The position numbers and the translations under genes are program-made. Below are positions 37,000 through 48,100 of a stretch of 64,000 bases of DNA, in pieces (the stretch's first letter is position 1; each line of letters opens with the position of its first letter). The notes beneath the pieces were generated by a model. The model was not told where the DNA came from and ran no database searches. It was given only the letters and a program-made list of their open reading frames with translations. The stretch spans positions 124,001 to 188,000 of the IMG/VR virus record IMGVR_UViG_3300033571_009404. The stretch is one strand, 5' to 3'.

Positions 37000-39900
37000 T
37001 CACCTCGACTTCGCCAGAGAGATCGGCGCGCGAGGCGCTCCTACACCTGGACCTGTCGCACTACGACGGCTATCTTCACGAGACGACGAATCGCTAGTTG
37101 CAGAACTACCACCTGCTAAACCACCGCCCTTGGAGACGGCTTCAGCAATAGTCTTCAAATAGTCACGCATGTCAGTGTTGATCTGAATCAACTGAGACAT
37201 GGCTTGTTGTGAACCCGCTGCAGTCAGTGCTGGGTCAGTCGTTTCCTTCTGACGTTGTGCCTGTGCTGCTTGGACCTTCGGCGTATTCATGTCGAAACCA
37301 GAACCCATCACTTGTGCGGCTGCGTCTGGACCTGCACCATCAGACGAGGCACTTGCTTGGGCCGTTGGTTTAGCCATTGCACGACCACTACCATCAGCCG
37401 AGACGTCCGGAGACGACGATCCCGTTGTGGAGGACTGTGCTTGCGGTGTTTGACCATCAGCCTTAGCTGTAGCATCAGCAGTTGCTGCGCTACCACCAGC
37501 TGTACTGTTAGTCAGTTGCTCAGAACCATCCTTAAAGCCAGCACCAAACTGACCACCCTTAGTCTTCACCAGGTTGTTCAGCTTCTGATAGACTTGACCA
37601 ATGGTCAATGCCTTACCGTTGCTGTAGAAGATACCGACGTTAGCACGAGCTTCAGCCGGGAAGACATCAGCTGCAATTGCCTTCGGATCTGCCTTCAAGA
37701 ACTTACGAGCACCACCGGCACCCATGAAGTGAGCCAAGTACAAGTCAGTATCAGTCAGAGGACGATCAACTGCACCCTTCAGCGCAGCCATGTTCTCCTT
37801 CAGGAACTCAGCACCCATCAGTGCGTTAGCACGTGGATCCAACTGCGTCGTTCCTGGTGCGATACCGTACTTACTACCGTACTTATCCAGCATCATCTTC
37901 CAGGTACTGTTAATGAACTGATAAAGTCCGGATGCTGACGAAGTCGGTGCCTTGACTTGCCAGTTAAATCCAGACTCAATAGCAGCCATGGTGGTCATCA
38001 ACTTAGGATCGACACCTGCCATCTTTGCTACTGCTTCAATCAGATCCTTAACAGCGGCGTATGACTTATTGCCAGTAGGTTTAGGTAAGGAATTAACATC
38101 ACCGCCCGTACCCTTCCCAGGGTGAGCGATTTCATTACCTCCACCCATGTCAGAAGAATAACCAGTGGCATCATCTTTCATGCCAGAACCCTTGCTACCA
38201 CCAAAGAGGTTCTTGAACCATCCGGTTACTCCACCACCGCCAGTCTTACCACCTTCCTTATCATCATCTCCACCACCAAAGAGCTTAGCCCAGAAGCCTT
38301 TATCCTTCTTGACTCCTGCCTCACCCAGTGCCTTAGCATCAGCAGCTTTATCAGCTGCATCTTTCTTCAGACCCGAGGAAGACTTCGACTCTTCATTGGC
38401 CACTAACTTCTTAGCCAGTTCACGTAACCCTGCTACGTTGTCGTCAGTACTCTTGACGTCTTCGTTTAAGGTGTAACCTGCCCATGGAGAAGTGGGTACC
38501 ATCCACACCGATACCGAAGAACCGGAGTAGTTAGTCTTAGTGGTGATGATTGCCATAGCGATGTCAAGACGATCTTGATCGCGTACAGCAGTATTGGCTT
38601 CTACTGGGTTAGCACGGTTAGTCTTCTTCTTCAGAATGGTTGCCCAGTTCAGGAAGACCGGCAGGAACCGCAGACGGAACCATGCCGAGAAGTTATAACC
38701 GCCAGGTGTACCCAGCGTTACACCAAAGGAAGGACCGATGGCTTTAATGACATCATCAACACTACCTTCCCAGGTAGCTTGACCGGTAGTGCCATATTTC
38801 AACTGTGGACCTAAGTAGACTTCAAGGCTATCTAATGCGCGTACCTTGATGGTATCCATTTCTGTCAGACCGTAGGTCTTATAGCGGATAGCCGTAATCG
38901 CATCAATCGTACCTTGAGAGCCGCTCGTGTAAGCACCTACATCAACGCCAGCAGTTGCTGAGTAAGTTACCCCAGAACCAACTGTACCCGCTAATGCAGC
39001 ACCACCAGAGCCATCTGCATCCATGTCCTTAGACAGAGCACCAGCATTAGGATCAGCAGCAGGAAGATCAGTTGCCTTACCTTCAGAATTAGCTAAACCA
39101 GAACCTTGGGAATCAGGAGAACCTGCAGCTACACCAGCAGCAGCTGCAACAGCATTGGCATCAACCTTATTCTTTTCAGTAGCCGATTTATTTTCTTCAT
39201 CCAGCTTCTTGTCCGTGGCTTCAACTAACTTAGCCACGCCTTCGGCATCAACGGGGAGTTCCTTTAAGTCTTTGAATGGCGAAATCTTCACGCCATAGGG
39301 ACCATCTGGGAATGCAGCCTTAGACAAATACTTCTTCTTGTCTTCGTACTTCAGTTTCTCCACGTCACCCAGATCTGTCTTGGGATCAACTTCATGCAGA
39401 CTTTGCAGATGTTTCATGAAGACAGGTTTGAATCGACGCATGAACCAGTCAATCCAAATTGCCATCTCCTTGTCCTTACCAGGATCCACATCAAAGCCAT
39501 CAACTAATTCCTTAGCCTTCAGATCCTTAGGGATATTCAGCTTAGGAGTATCGCCATCAAACTCAACATACTTCTGGAGTTTGTCTTCTAACTTGAAGAG
39601 TGCATCAGCGTGGTCTTTGTCATCAGGCAGAATACCGTATTGAGCAGCACGGACTTTCGACAGAGTCGTCAGTCGTTTCTTGGTAGCAAACTGATACAGC
39701 TTGTAAGCACCATAGCCAACACCAGCAACTGCAGCTGCACCTAAGGCAATGGGAGAAGATAAGAGCGTCAGTAAGCCAGCGCCTAATGTACCAGCACCAG
39801 TCAAGAGTGTACCTGCTCCAGCCAGTGCAGAACCACCACCGACTAAAGAAGCTAATGAGAAGGCACCCATACCAGCAGTTAAGCCATCCATCAGCTTGTT

Positions 39901-42900
39901 TTGCGACTGACCAGTAGCCAAGTCGTAAACACTCTTAGCACCGTAGGCAACAGAACCAATACCCAGTGCTTTACCTAAGAAGCCACTACCCATCCCGAGC
40001 AAGCCTTTACCAGCACCCAGAATACCCTTACCAATACCACCAAGTCCAGGTAACTTAGAAGCGATGTAAGCACCGATACCAGATTTAGCAGCGTCACCTA
40101 AGCCGCTGTCCTTATCTTCCTCGTCACCTCCACCAGCTGCACCTCCGCCCTTCTTGCCGAAGAGTTTACCAAAGATGCCACCTAAGGCACCGAAACCACT
40201 CATCTTACCAAAACCAAGCTGTTGCTGTTTACGGTCTTCAGCTTCTTGCTTACTCTTGGCTTTCTCTTTGTCCTTACGATCTAAGTCAGCAGCGCTATTG
40301 TCGCGGATGCCATCACCATCAGCATCGCCGAAGACATTACCCTTACTCTTAGGAAGACGTGCATCCAAGATATCACGGATTTCAGTCAGACGTGTCACCA
40401 TGGTTTTACCACCCACCATGATCACGCCATTAGGTCCAATGATCGAACCCAACATTCCCTTAGCAAAGTTCAAAGCACCATTGAGTACGGAGTCAGCTGC
40501 ACCAATACCACGGAACAGAGAACGTACACCAAGACCTGCAACAGAACCTAACTTAGATGCAAACAAAGCCGCACCAAACTTCATCTTCTTACCGTAGACG
40601 TCTAAGAGACCATCCCGCACATCTTCTTCGGTTAAGACGACGTTATCGTTTTCATCGAGAACGGGTCCATCGATTTCAGAAGGACGAGCCAGAACCTTAC
40701 CAGTACGAGCAGACTTATATTGACCTGCTTTAAACTTTTCAGCGTACAGCGTTGGGTTCTTAAAGCCCATGCGGTTGGTGTAGACGTCCTTAGGTACACG
40801 CAACATGTTGACGGCACCCATAACACCAGCCTTACCTACACCGTACACTGTTGGCACGGCTTTAGTAATAGCATCACGAGCAGTGTTTAAGACGTCATCA
40901 GCAGCACCTAGTCCTCGAATAGCGCCCTTACCGGCTTTGAGACCCAGTTTACCGATACCACCGATAATACCAGAGTTCCAAATCTTACCAGCGCCCCAAA
41001 GACCGGCAGTACCAATACCTGACAATACCTTATTGACTGCCTTACCCGTGCGGTTAGCTGCACCCAAGTAAGCACGGAAACCATTAGCAGCAGTACGAGC
41101 AGCGCCACGACCTGCAGCAAAAGGTGCTTTCCATAACGGCATCTTCCACCAAGGAGTTTTCATGGATTGCGTTGCGCCTTCTTTATTGATAGGAGCATCT
41201 CCACCTAAACCACCTTGCATGTACATACCGTTAGCCAGACGGTCTTCAATACGCATCAACGCATCACGTGTGGCTTCTAAGACGTCACGGCTGTTGTTCT
41301 CACGAATAGCTTGAAGGACTTCCTCACTATTCAAACCACTGCCGCTACTTTCGCCATTGGTGATATTATTGATTGTCCGATTGAAGGTACGGGTGTTAGT
41401 TGTGTTGTAGTTTGTGTCTGGACCACGAACACCACCCATACTGGCTGCAACACCCTTTTGTTCAGCTAACTGATACAGCGCTTGTTCACTGATGGGACGA
41501 TCAGCAAAGTAATCGTACACTGCAGTCATGTCAATACGACCTTGCTTAACAATGCCAAGGTTTTCTAACAGACCCAGTTGACCGGAATCGATCATCTGTT
41601 GGATACGTTCTTTGTTGACGTCGGCCGAACGACCGAGGTTACGATAGCTGGTATTGAACTCAGCTCGTTTAGCACCATCTTTATCGTTCTTGTAGTAGTC
41701 TTTAAACAGACCTGCGAACTGAACACCATGCTTGGCTGCGTCTCCTTGATAGAAGAGGCGGTTAGTCAGGGTCTCAGCATCGCCTACTTTACCTTCAGCG
41801 TTACCACGTACCAGTTCACGTCCTAAAAGCTTACGCTGTTCAGGAGAGAGTTTCTTTTGCGGATCGATCTTGTCTAATGCCCGTTCGATTTCAGTTGACA
41901 CGTTACCCTTAGACACTGGGTCAAACAACTTACTCAGTGTATTACGGCTAACAGCGCCTTCATGGTCGAAACGGTTACGATCGTAATCGTAAGTAATCAG
42001 TTGCGCTGATTGGTCACCAGTACGGATGATACGCAGCTCACGCTCAATACGCGACAGATAGCCGGGTAAGATCTCATTGATGGTCTTTAAGGTGCGACGG
42101 TTTAAATAAGCACTCTCGTCTAAATTACCACGCTTATCCACACCAACGGTTGTGTCTACGTTATTGATACCACGCAGCATGTCCTTGCCAAAATCAATGG
42201 CACGACCCTTTAACCCAAATTGATCTGTACGACTACGTGCCCAACGTTCTAACAGTTGAGGAACGTTCTGTGCATAGAAGCCAGCAGCATTACCACCACG
42301 ACGTAATGTTTGGTTCTGTTCCAGATAACGACGAGCGTTAGGTGCAAAGCGACCCAACAATGCATCAATCACCGAACCAGCGCCAAGCTGTCCCGCAGCA
42401 CGACCGGCTTGAGTAACACCATCGATGCCCATCCCATCAGCCATACCAGCCAGAGACGAAGCCTCACGTCCAATACCCACTGCTCCCTTTACCCGAGACA
42501 GCAGGTTCTTGGAAATGGTATTGGTTAAGTTCTCAAAGAACTGATCACGCTTCTTAAAGATGTTACCAGCTAAAGAGTTAACGATCTTGTTACGCAGCAG
42601 TTGCTCTGCGTATTCACCCGTCTTCAATTTAGCATAGTCAGGTAAGCCGGTGTTCTTGACCACGGCTTCTAAACTACGCAGCACTTTCACGTTGGTGGTC
42701 TTAGCCTCTTCCAACATGTCAACCGTAGCGTAGTACTGACGGTATTGTAATTCCAATGACTTACGCATGTAAGCTGCACCCACCTTCGTATTGAAGGCAG
42801 TGTTCTGGATCGTTGCAATGCGCATCTGATCCAAGATTTGTGCAGTTGTGGAGAAACGCTTCTGATCGATAGCGTCACGCATGCGTTCACGTACTTCGTC

Positions 42901-43422
42901 TTCAACACGGTGGCGATTATTCTGTTCAGTGTTGAATTGGAAAATCTCAGCTTGTAGACGTTCCAGTTCCGAATTACGGAAGTCATCTTTGCTAAAGAAA
43001 GATAACGGTGACGAATCCGTTTTGCTGAACTCTTTTAAGATGTCAGCAGCTTTCTTAGGCAGGTATTTCTCTGCAGCCGGGATGATTTTCTGTACAGCGC
43101 GACGCGAATCATTCAGAAGGGGTTTCGTGATGTTCGCAGCATCATTGTATAGATTCTTTCCAGAGCTTATGAGTTGGTCGCCGAATTCCATGGCTTCGCC
43201 ATAGCCAGCAGGCAGCACCTTTTTAATGGTTTGCCTGATGACTGCGCCGGATGTAAGTTGAGACTTAGCACCCTTAACGAAACCTTGAGTAAACTTCGTC
43301 ACCGGTTTGCGATCATCTTTCTGATTGCCGCCCGATGGACCGAAGTCGAAATCCGGCAGATCAAGCTCCATATCGGACCCACCAGAAAATGGGTCCATAC
43401 TAAACTTCTTCTGCTTGGCCAT
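37000..43422 (-). CDS. tail tape measure protein with lytic transglycosylase domain (phiKZ gp181-like)
   Basis: 2140 aa, Gly/Ala-rich hydrophobic middle; SLT domain AAIESG...ASGLYQF...LYLAHFMGAGG at ~37560-38050. Confidence 0.9.
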   Translation of the reverse strand: MAKQKKFSMDPFSGGSDMELDLPDFDFGPSGGNQKDDRKPVTKFTQGFVKGAKSQLTSGAVIRQTIKKVLPAGYGEAMEFGDQLISSGKNLYNDAANITKPLLNDSRRAVQKIIPAAEKYLPKKAADILKEFSKTDSSPLSFFSKDDFRNSELERLQAEIFQFNTEQNNRHRVEDEVRERMRDAIDQKRFSTTAQILDQMRIATIQNTAFNTKVGAAYMRKSLELQYRQYYATVDMLEEAKTTNVKVLRSLEAVVKNTGLPDYAKLKTGEYAEQLLRNKIVNSLAGNIFKKRDQFFENLTNTISKNLLSRVKGAVGIGREASSLAGMADGMGIDGVTQAGRAAGQLGAGSVIDALLGRFAPNARRYLEQNQTLRRGGNAAGFYAQNVPQLLERWARSRTDQFGLKGRAIDFGKDMLRGINNVDTTVGVDKRGNLDESAYLNRRTLKTINEILPGYLSRIERELRIIRTGDQSAQLITYDYDRNRFDHEGAVSRNTLSKLFDPVSKGNVSTEIERALDKIDPQKKLSPEQRKLLGRELVRGNAEGKVGDAETLTNRLFYQGDAAKHGVQFAGLFKDYYKNDKDGAKRAEFNTSYRNLGRSADVNKERIQQMIDSGQLGLLENLGIVKQGRIDMTAVYDYFADRPISEQALYQLAEQKGVAASMGGVRGPDTNYNTTNTRTFNRTINNITNGESSGSGLNSEEVLQAIRENNSRDVLEATRDALMRIEDRLANGMYMQGGLGGDAPINKEGATQSMKTPWWKMPLWKAPFAAGRGAARTAANGFRAYLGAANRTGKAVNKVLSGIGTAGLWGAGKIWNSGIIGGIGKLGLKAGKGAIRGLGAADDVLNTARDAITKAVPTVYGVGKAGVMGAVNMLRVPKDVYTNRMGFKNPTLYAEKFKAGQYKSARTGKVLARPSEIDGPVLDENDNVVLTEEDVRDGLLDVYGKKMKFGAALFASKLGSVAGLGVRSLFRGIGAADSVLNGALNFAKGMLGSIIGPNGVIMVGGKTMVTRLTEIRDILDARLPKSKGNVFGDADGDGIRDNSAADLDRKDKEKAKSKQEAEDRKQQQLGFGKMSGFGALGGIFGKLFGKKGGGAAGGGDEEDKDSGLGDAAKSGIGAYIASKLPGLGGIGKGILGAGKGLLGMGSGFLGKALGIGSVAYGAKSVYDLATGQSQNKLMDGLTAGMGAFSLASLVGGGSALAGAGTLLTGAGTLGAGLLTLLSSPIALGAAAVAGVGYGAYKLYQFATKKRLTTLSKVRAAQYGILPDDKDHADALFKLEDKLQKYVEFDGDTPKLNIPKDLKAKELVDGFDVDPGKDKEMAIWIDWFMRRFKPVFMKHLQSLHEVDPKTDLGDVEKLKYEDKKKYLSKAAFPDGPYGVKISPFKDLKELPVDAEGVAKLVEATDKKLDEENKSATEKNKVDANAVAAAAGVAAGSPDSQGSGLANSEGKATDLPAADPNAGALSKDMDADGSGGAALAGTVGSGVTYSATAGVDVGAYTSGSQGTIDAITAIRYKTYGLTEMDTIKVRALDSLEVYLGPQLKYGTTGQATWEGSVDDVIKAIGPSFGVTLGTPGGYNFSAWFRLRFLPVFLNWATILKKKTNRANPVEANTAVRDQDRLDIAMAIITTKTNYSGSSVSVWMVPTSPWAGYTLNEDVKSTDDNVAGLRELAKKLVANEESKSSSGLKKDAADKAADAKALGEAGVKKDKGFWAKLFGGGDDDKEGGKTGGGGVTGWFKNLFGGSKGSGMKDDATGYSSDMGGGNEIAHPGKGTGGDVNSLPKPTGNKSYAAVKDLIEAVAKMAGVDPKLMTTMAAIESGFNWQVKAPTSSASGLYQFINSTWKMMLDKYGSKYGIAPGTTQLDPRANALMGAEFLKENMAALKGAVDRPLTDTDLYLAHFMGAGGARKFLKADPKAIAADVFPAEARANVGIFYSNGKALTIGQVYQKLNNLVKTKGGQFGAGFKDGSEQLTNSTAGGSAATADATAKADGQTPQAQSSTTGSSSPDVSADGSGRAMAKPTAQASASSDGAGPDAAAQVMGSGFDMNTPKVQAAQAQRQKETTDPALTAAGSQQAMSQLIQINTDMRDYLKTIAEAVSKGGGLAGGSSATSDSSSREDSRRSATGPGVGAPRAPISLAKSR

Positions 43423-43497
43423 ATCCAGACCTCTCTTAAATGGAAAGCTAAATTTCGATTACACACATAATTTCGAGTATTTGTAGGGATAGTCCTC

Positions 43498-45114
43498 ATG
43501 AAAAACCTATCAGTACCATTCAACGTCTTCTTCTTAGAGTTGAAGCCCGCTACGCTCATGCGTATGCGTCCGACGACTTCGTTGGAGATCTTTGATAATG
43601 CCAACAACCTGCATCCTGACGGACTGTTCTCTACCCTTACTTTTGGCAAAGTGGGTGATCCGCTTCGCATGCAGAAGTTTTCCTATATCGACATCAAGGT
43701 CGATATTCTTCATCCGGTGATGTATCGTGCCATTGGTAAGTTGAAACGCTTCCATACCGACATCTTAGCCGGTCGTGAATATGCCGTCTGGAATGAAGAA
43801 CTGAAAGACTTCGATCGTAGTAACATCATCGAAGGTCAAACCGGTTACGAGTTCTTCATGCGACATATGAAGAGTATTGTGTACCCTCCTAATAAGAGTG
43901 TGCAGCGTCAGCAGAACATTGAACTGTTCAACAAGTTCAAGGACAAGGCATTAGTCAACAAGATTGTGGTTATGCCTGCTGGTTTCCGAGATGTAGAAAT
44001 TGACAATGGTCGTGTGACCTTAGATGAGATCAATGGTTTCTACAAGACCATTCTGTCTATTGCCAACACCATTAGCCCGACTGCATTGCAAACTAACATC
44101 GAGATGTTAAACCGCTCGCGTTTCCGTTTGCAAACTGCATTCAATGAACTCTTTGCTCACTTAGAGCGAATGATTCAAGGTAAGCGTGGTTTCCTCTTGG
44201 GTAGCTGGGCTTCTCGTAGTCCCATGAACGGTACTCGTAACGTGATTACGGCTCTGGTCACACGGACTAACGAACTGGGTGCTCCTGGTTCCATTACCAT
44301 GAACGACACGGTCTTGGGCATTTACCAAGCCATGAAGGCATACATGCCTGTAGCGCGCTTCTTAGTGCGTAACAAGTATCTGCCTTTAATCTTTAGCTCG
44401 GTGGAACGGCCAGCACGTCTGGTGGATCCTAAGACACTGAAGATGGTAGACGTTCAACTGAAGCCGCAAGTCTTTGACCGTTGGAATACGGACGAAGGTG
44501 TAGAGAAGATCATCTCAGCCTTCGGTGAAGAATCGGTACGTCACAAGCCATTGATGATTGATGGACACTACATGGGTCTGGTCTATCGTGGACCGGATGC
44601 TACGTTTAAGTTCTTGCAAGACATCGATGACTTACCGCCTCATCTGGACAAGAAGAACGTCACACCCATGACCTTCGTGGAATTGATGTACATGTCCATT
44701 GGTAACAAGTTAAACGAATACCCGATGTTCGTGACGCGTTACCCGGTGACTGGTGTGGGTTCCATTTATCCTTCGTTTGCTTATGTCAAGACCACGATTG
44801 CTCAAGACCAGCGTCGTGAACTCAATGACCTGTGGCAGCCGTGGGGTGAAACCTTCTACAGCTTCCCTGTACCTGGTGGTGAGTTCGTGAACTCACTGAT
44901 TCCGCACCCGATGCACATTAGCCCTCTGGGCGCTGACTTTGACGGTGACATGTGTTCTGCTAACGGCACCTACACCGACGAGTCTAAAGTTGAAATCAAG
45001 AATTTCCTCTCCAAGAAGAAAGCGTACGTTGGTACTGACGGTCGTTTCATCTATCCGGCTGGTACTGACACGATTTCTTTGCTTTTGCACAACTTAACAG
45101 GTGAACCGGCATGA
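43498..45114 (+). CDS. virion RNA polymerase beta' subunit (phiKZ gp180-like)
   Basis: Catalytic LGADFDGD, HPDGLFS and GTRNVIT motifs. Confidence 0.92.
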   Translation: MKNLSVPFNVFFLELKPATLMRMRPTTSLEIFDNANNLHPDGLFSTLTFGKVGDPLRMQKFSYIDIKVDILHPVMYRAIGKLKRFHTDILAGREYAVWNEELKDFDRSNIIEGQTGYEFFMRHMKSIVYPPNKSVQRQQNIELFNKFKDKALVNKIVVMPAGFRDVEIDNGRVTLDEINGFYKTILSIANTISPTALQTNIEMLNRSRFRLQTAFNELFAHLERMIQGKRGFLLGSWASRSPMNGTRNVITALVTRTNELGAPGSITMNDTVLGIYQAMKAYMPVARFLVRNKYLPLIFSSVERPARLVDPKTLKMVDVQLKPQVFDRWNTDEGVEKIISAFGEESVRHKPLMIDGHYMGLVYRGPDATFKFLQDIDDLPPHLDKKNVTPMTFVELMYMSIGNKLNEYPMFVTRYPVTGVGSIYPSFAYVKTTIAQDQRRELNDLWQPWGETFYSFPVPGGEFVNSLIPHPMHISPLGADFDGDMCSANGTYTDESKVEIKNFLSKKKAYVGTDGRFIYPAGTDTISLLLHNLTGEPA

Positions 45115-48100
45115 TTCTTTACGATCAGTTCTTCCGGAACTATGCTATTCGTCTGCCTTCGGATCTGATTCGACCCAAGCTGCGCAAGATCAACTTCTTT
45201 GATCTGCCGCGTAACTCCATCGTGCACTACTACGATGACACGTCGATCGCTAATGGTCCGATGCATGATGAAATCTACCTGAAGAAAATCACCAAGCCTA
45301 TTTACTTAGGCAACGTGACGACTTTAGCGTTCCAAAAAGGTAATCCTCGTCTGCGGGTACCCAACCCTGCTGACATGATTTCCAAGTACTTCTCCAAGCA
45401 TCGTCGTTTCATCAAACTGCGGGACTTGCGTTTAGCTGGGCGTGATCAGACCACTGCGATCATGTACAACTACAACATGCTCCAGCACATCTACCAGTAC
45501 ATCCGCTCGAACTACAGTCATTACTTCGAGTGGTATAACACTTGGGCTACGATGGTGGCCAATGCTGAACAGGTGGCCAATGAAAGTGAACGCCATCAGT
45601 TCTTCGTTCTGAAGCTGCCGACTCTTTTGCCCTCGATCTCCGACATGCAGTTCGGTGAGCAACAGGCCAATGCAAACGTAGGTCAGTCTCTGGTACGTAA
45701 GTTCGATACGTCTGAACGTCGTATCCTGTTGGAGTTCTGGAAGATGCTTGGAGAACATCCCGAGACTTCGATCTTCAACATGATCAGTGAGCGTAACCGT
45801 AACCGCATTAACTTCGTTTTTGTGGAGTCGGGTCGTTGGACGTTCATTAACTTCGGTGTTCTGATGAGTTGGAAGAAAGCAACCAAGCAACAGTTGCTGG
45901 ATGCTAAGGACAACCCAGAACTCATGTCGACACTGTTAAAGAAGAAAGGCTTTGCACCTTTGACGATGCAAAAGACTTTCCTGCGCAACATGATGTCCAT
46001 CATGCAAGCGCGTTCGATCAACAGTGAAGAGGATGAAGTTGAAATCGATCTGGTTGAAGATGCACCTGAAGTCAATGGTGCTCCGATAGCTAAGCCTACT
46101 CCTAAGGCTGACACGACTAAACAGTTGGATAAGATCCCAACTAAGGCGGGACCCACTGGTGATGAAGGCGTCACCATAAAAAACCCGAGCCTGAAGAACC
46201 CAAGCGATACAACCCATTCTTCCAGTCCATCCTCCTCGGGAAGCGACGTAAAGGATGAAAGTTCTTCAGATGTACCGGTTGTGTCCGACCAGAGCTTAGA
46301 TGAACTGGACAAAGAATTCTCAGTAGCTGAAGATATCCAACGTCACATCGACGAGGATCTTAAGCAGCTGGAATTGATGAATAAGAACAGCTTAATTGCA
46401 GAGGACAGCACTACCCCTGAAAATGAGTTTGCTCTTATCGCTGGTGATGTGGAAGCACCTACCTTAGCTGAATCGTTCATGAAGCGTCTGGACGCATTGG
46501 CCGATACTGGTGCTATTACTGGTCAAGACTATGCTCGACTGAAGAAGCACTCAGAAGAGTATAAGACCATGCCGATCCCAGAAGTCATCTCTTCGTCCGT
46601 GGCAGGTACCATGGAAGAGTTCGTCGATATCAAGCCAGAAGATCTGTCGATTGAGGAACCGCCTAAGCTTCCTGACATTCCTACTGTGGTTGATAAGACC
46701 ATGCTGGAATCGACGCTGCTGGAGTTTGACTCTCAGTACATCGAGAAGGTCATGCAGCGTGACATCGCTGCGATGGTGTTGAACTTCCAGAAAGCTGGCA
46801 TCGCTGTTAAGTCTTACGAAGTTGAAAAGATTGAGAACATCGCTGGTGCTTCTTATGTCTACACGGTCAAGACTGTACCTATTGAGGGTATGCCTAGTAC
46901 TTGGGTATTCCGCTTACCCGTCCTGAATAAGGAAGGTGAGTACAAGTCCAATGACGTGAAGTACAACATGCGTAAGCAGCGCAGTGAAGTTCCCATTCTG
47001 AAGGTGAGTCAAGAGCGTGTGGCATTGACGTCTTATTACGGCAAGATCTTTGTGGATCGTTCGGATAAGAAGGTCAATGACTTTGGTACTTGGGTTCGTA
47101 ACCAAGTGCGCGCCAAGGGATTGAACCCGGCTGACCCGACGATTGTGAACATTCACCCAGCTGATGTGTTCGATCCGAAGTTCAAAGCACCGCGTGCATA
47201 CACCATCATGGCTAACGGCTTTACTGACTTGGGTGTGACGCCCTCGTTCGTACCCGATGGCTTTGAAGCAGATTCCTACATGCTCTGCTTTGACCATACT
47301 AAGCGCAAAGCTCTGTATGGTGAAGAAGTGGTCGCTGCATTGGAACAAGGTGGTCAGGTAGTCTTTGGTCGCGCAATGCGTGGTGGTTTCTTAACGGTTG
47401 ACCATCATGGCACGATCTATCTGACACGTGCTGATATGAATCCGCAACCGCTGATGACTTTTGATCAGCTGTTATCTCTGGACATGAGTAAGCAACCTCC
47501 GGTGGACTTTGTGGAGTTGCGTTATCTGGGTAAGTCTGTTCCGTTGGCTTTTGTCTTAGCCTACGAAATGGGTCTGACGCAGTTAATGCAATATCTGCGA
47601 GTGACTCCGCGTCGTGTGCCTGTGGGTACACGTGTATCGCTGGCTCAGAATGAATTCGGTATTGTGTTTAACGACACGACGCTGATCTTCAACCGTGATA
47701 ACAGTGTAGCATCGCTGATCATGGCAGGGTGGAATGAATATCACCGCAGTATTCGTGAGTATGACTATCATGAATTTGACCGCCGTGGTGTTTACTTCAA
47801 CATCTTCGATAAACACGGCATGACCGTGAAGTACTTGCGTGAAATCGATCTGATGTACCAGCTCTACATCGACCCGATCACAAAAGACTTGCTGCAAGAG
47901 ATGAATGAGCCTACAGAGTTCCGTCCTCTGTTAGTTCGTTGCGCTCAACTGTTAACGACAGATGAATATCCAGATACCATTAACCGTGAGAAGGGTTATG
48001 AACGGATGGCCGGTGCAGTTTACGCTGAACTGGTTAATGCTGTTCGTGCTCACTCGGGTCGACCCAATAAGTCTAAACAACCTATTGAACTGAACCCGCA

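Noticed and set aside
45936-46217. Overprinted minus-strand ORF over the RNAP beta low-complexity insert
   Set aside because: No RBS or recognisable motif, and similar-length antisense ORFs are common throughout the window.
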